The notes beneath the pieces were generated by a model, which was not told where the DNA came from, made no database searches, and worked only from the letters and a program-made list of their open reading frames with translations. A stretch of DNA of 64,000 nt from positions 1,536,001 to 1,600,000 of the forward strand of contig OZ244197.1 of assembly GCA_965216785.1 (NCBI GenBank), written 5' to 3'. Source of the stretch: Thermodesulfobacteriota bacterium (GTDB taxonomy: Bacteria > Desulfobacterota_D > UBA1144 > Nemesobacterales > UBA2774). This document shows, piece by piece, positions 64,000-64,000 of this stretch (positions are counted from its first letter, which is position 1; every line of letters starts with the position of its first letter). The position numbers and the translations under genes were made by a program.

Positions 64000-64000
64000 C

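Larger units (their letters stand above)
63026..64000. mobile_element. Probable left end of an integrative element or prophage
   Basis: Begins at the tRNA break; abrupt AT-rich DNA; AATCGCTACCAA x2. No integrase is visible within the window. Confidence 0.55.

Overview
This is a gene-dense bacterial chromosomal segment. It looks deltaproteobacteria-like, and Candidatus Dadabacteria is a plausible origin (inference from the split atp operon, short EF-Ts, TrmD-SPOUT fusion and IPTL-CTERM proteins). Most of it is housekeeping: purC, purA-hisZ-serA, phoH, tatC, atpF'FHAGDC, ffh-rpsP-khpA-rimM-trmD-rplS, serS and rpsB-tsf-pyrH-frr, mixed with metabolic and secreted proteins. Notable oddities: (1) a tRNA-Ser(TGA) whose first 41 nt are intact but whose 3' part is decayed, followed by 12-bp tandem repeats and AT-rich DNA, consistent with the left end of an integrative element; (2) an rpsB with a large in-frame internal deletion and a frameshifted 5' leader; (3) a perfect 3x48-bp tandem repeat in which every unit encodes a 14-aa mini-ORF, inside a lipid kinase/acyltransferase cluster; (4) an archease-rtcB-serS operon; (5) a GCS2-CBS ligase/M14 deacylase/C26 hydrolase trio; (6) a divergent class II aldolase-like protein; (7) a catalytically degenerate FadJ-like dehydrogenase. 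No CRISPR array, rRNA or transposase was recognised. All family assignments come from visible motifs; no database searches were run.
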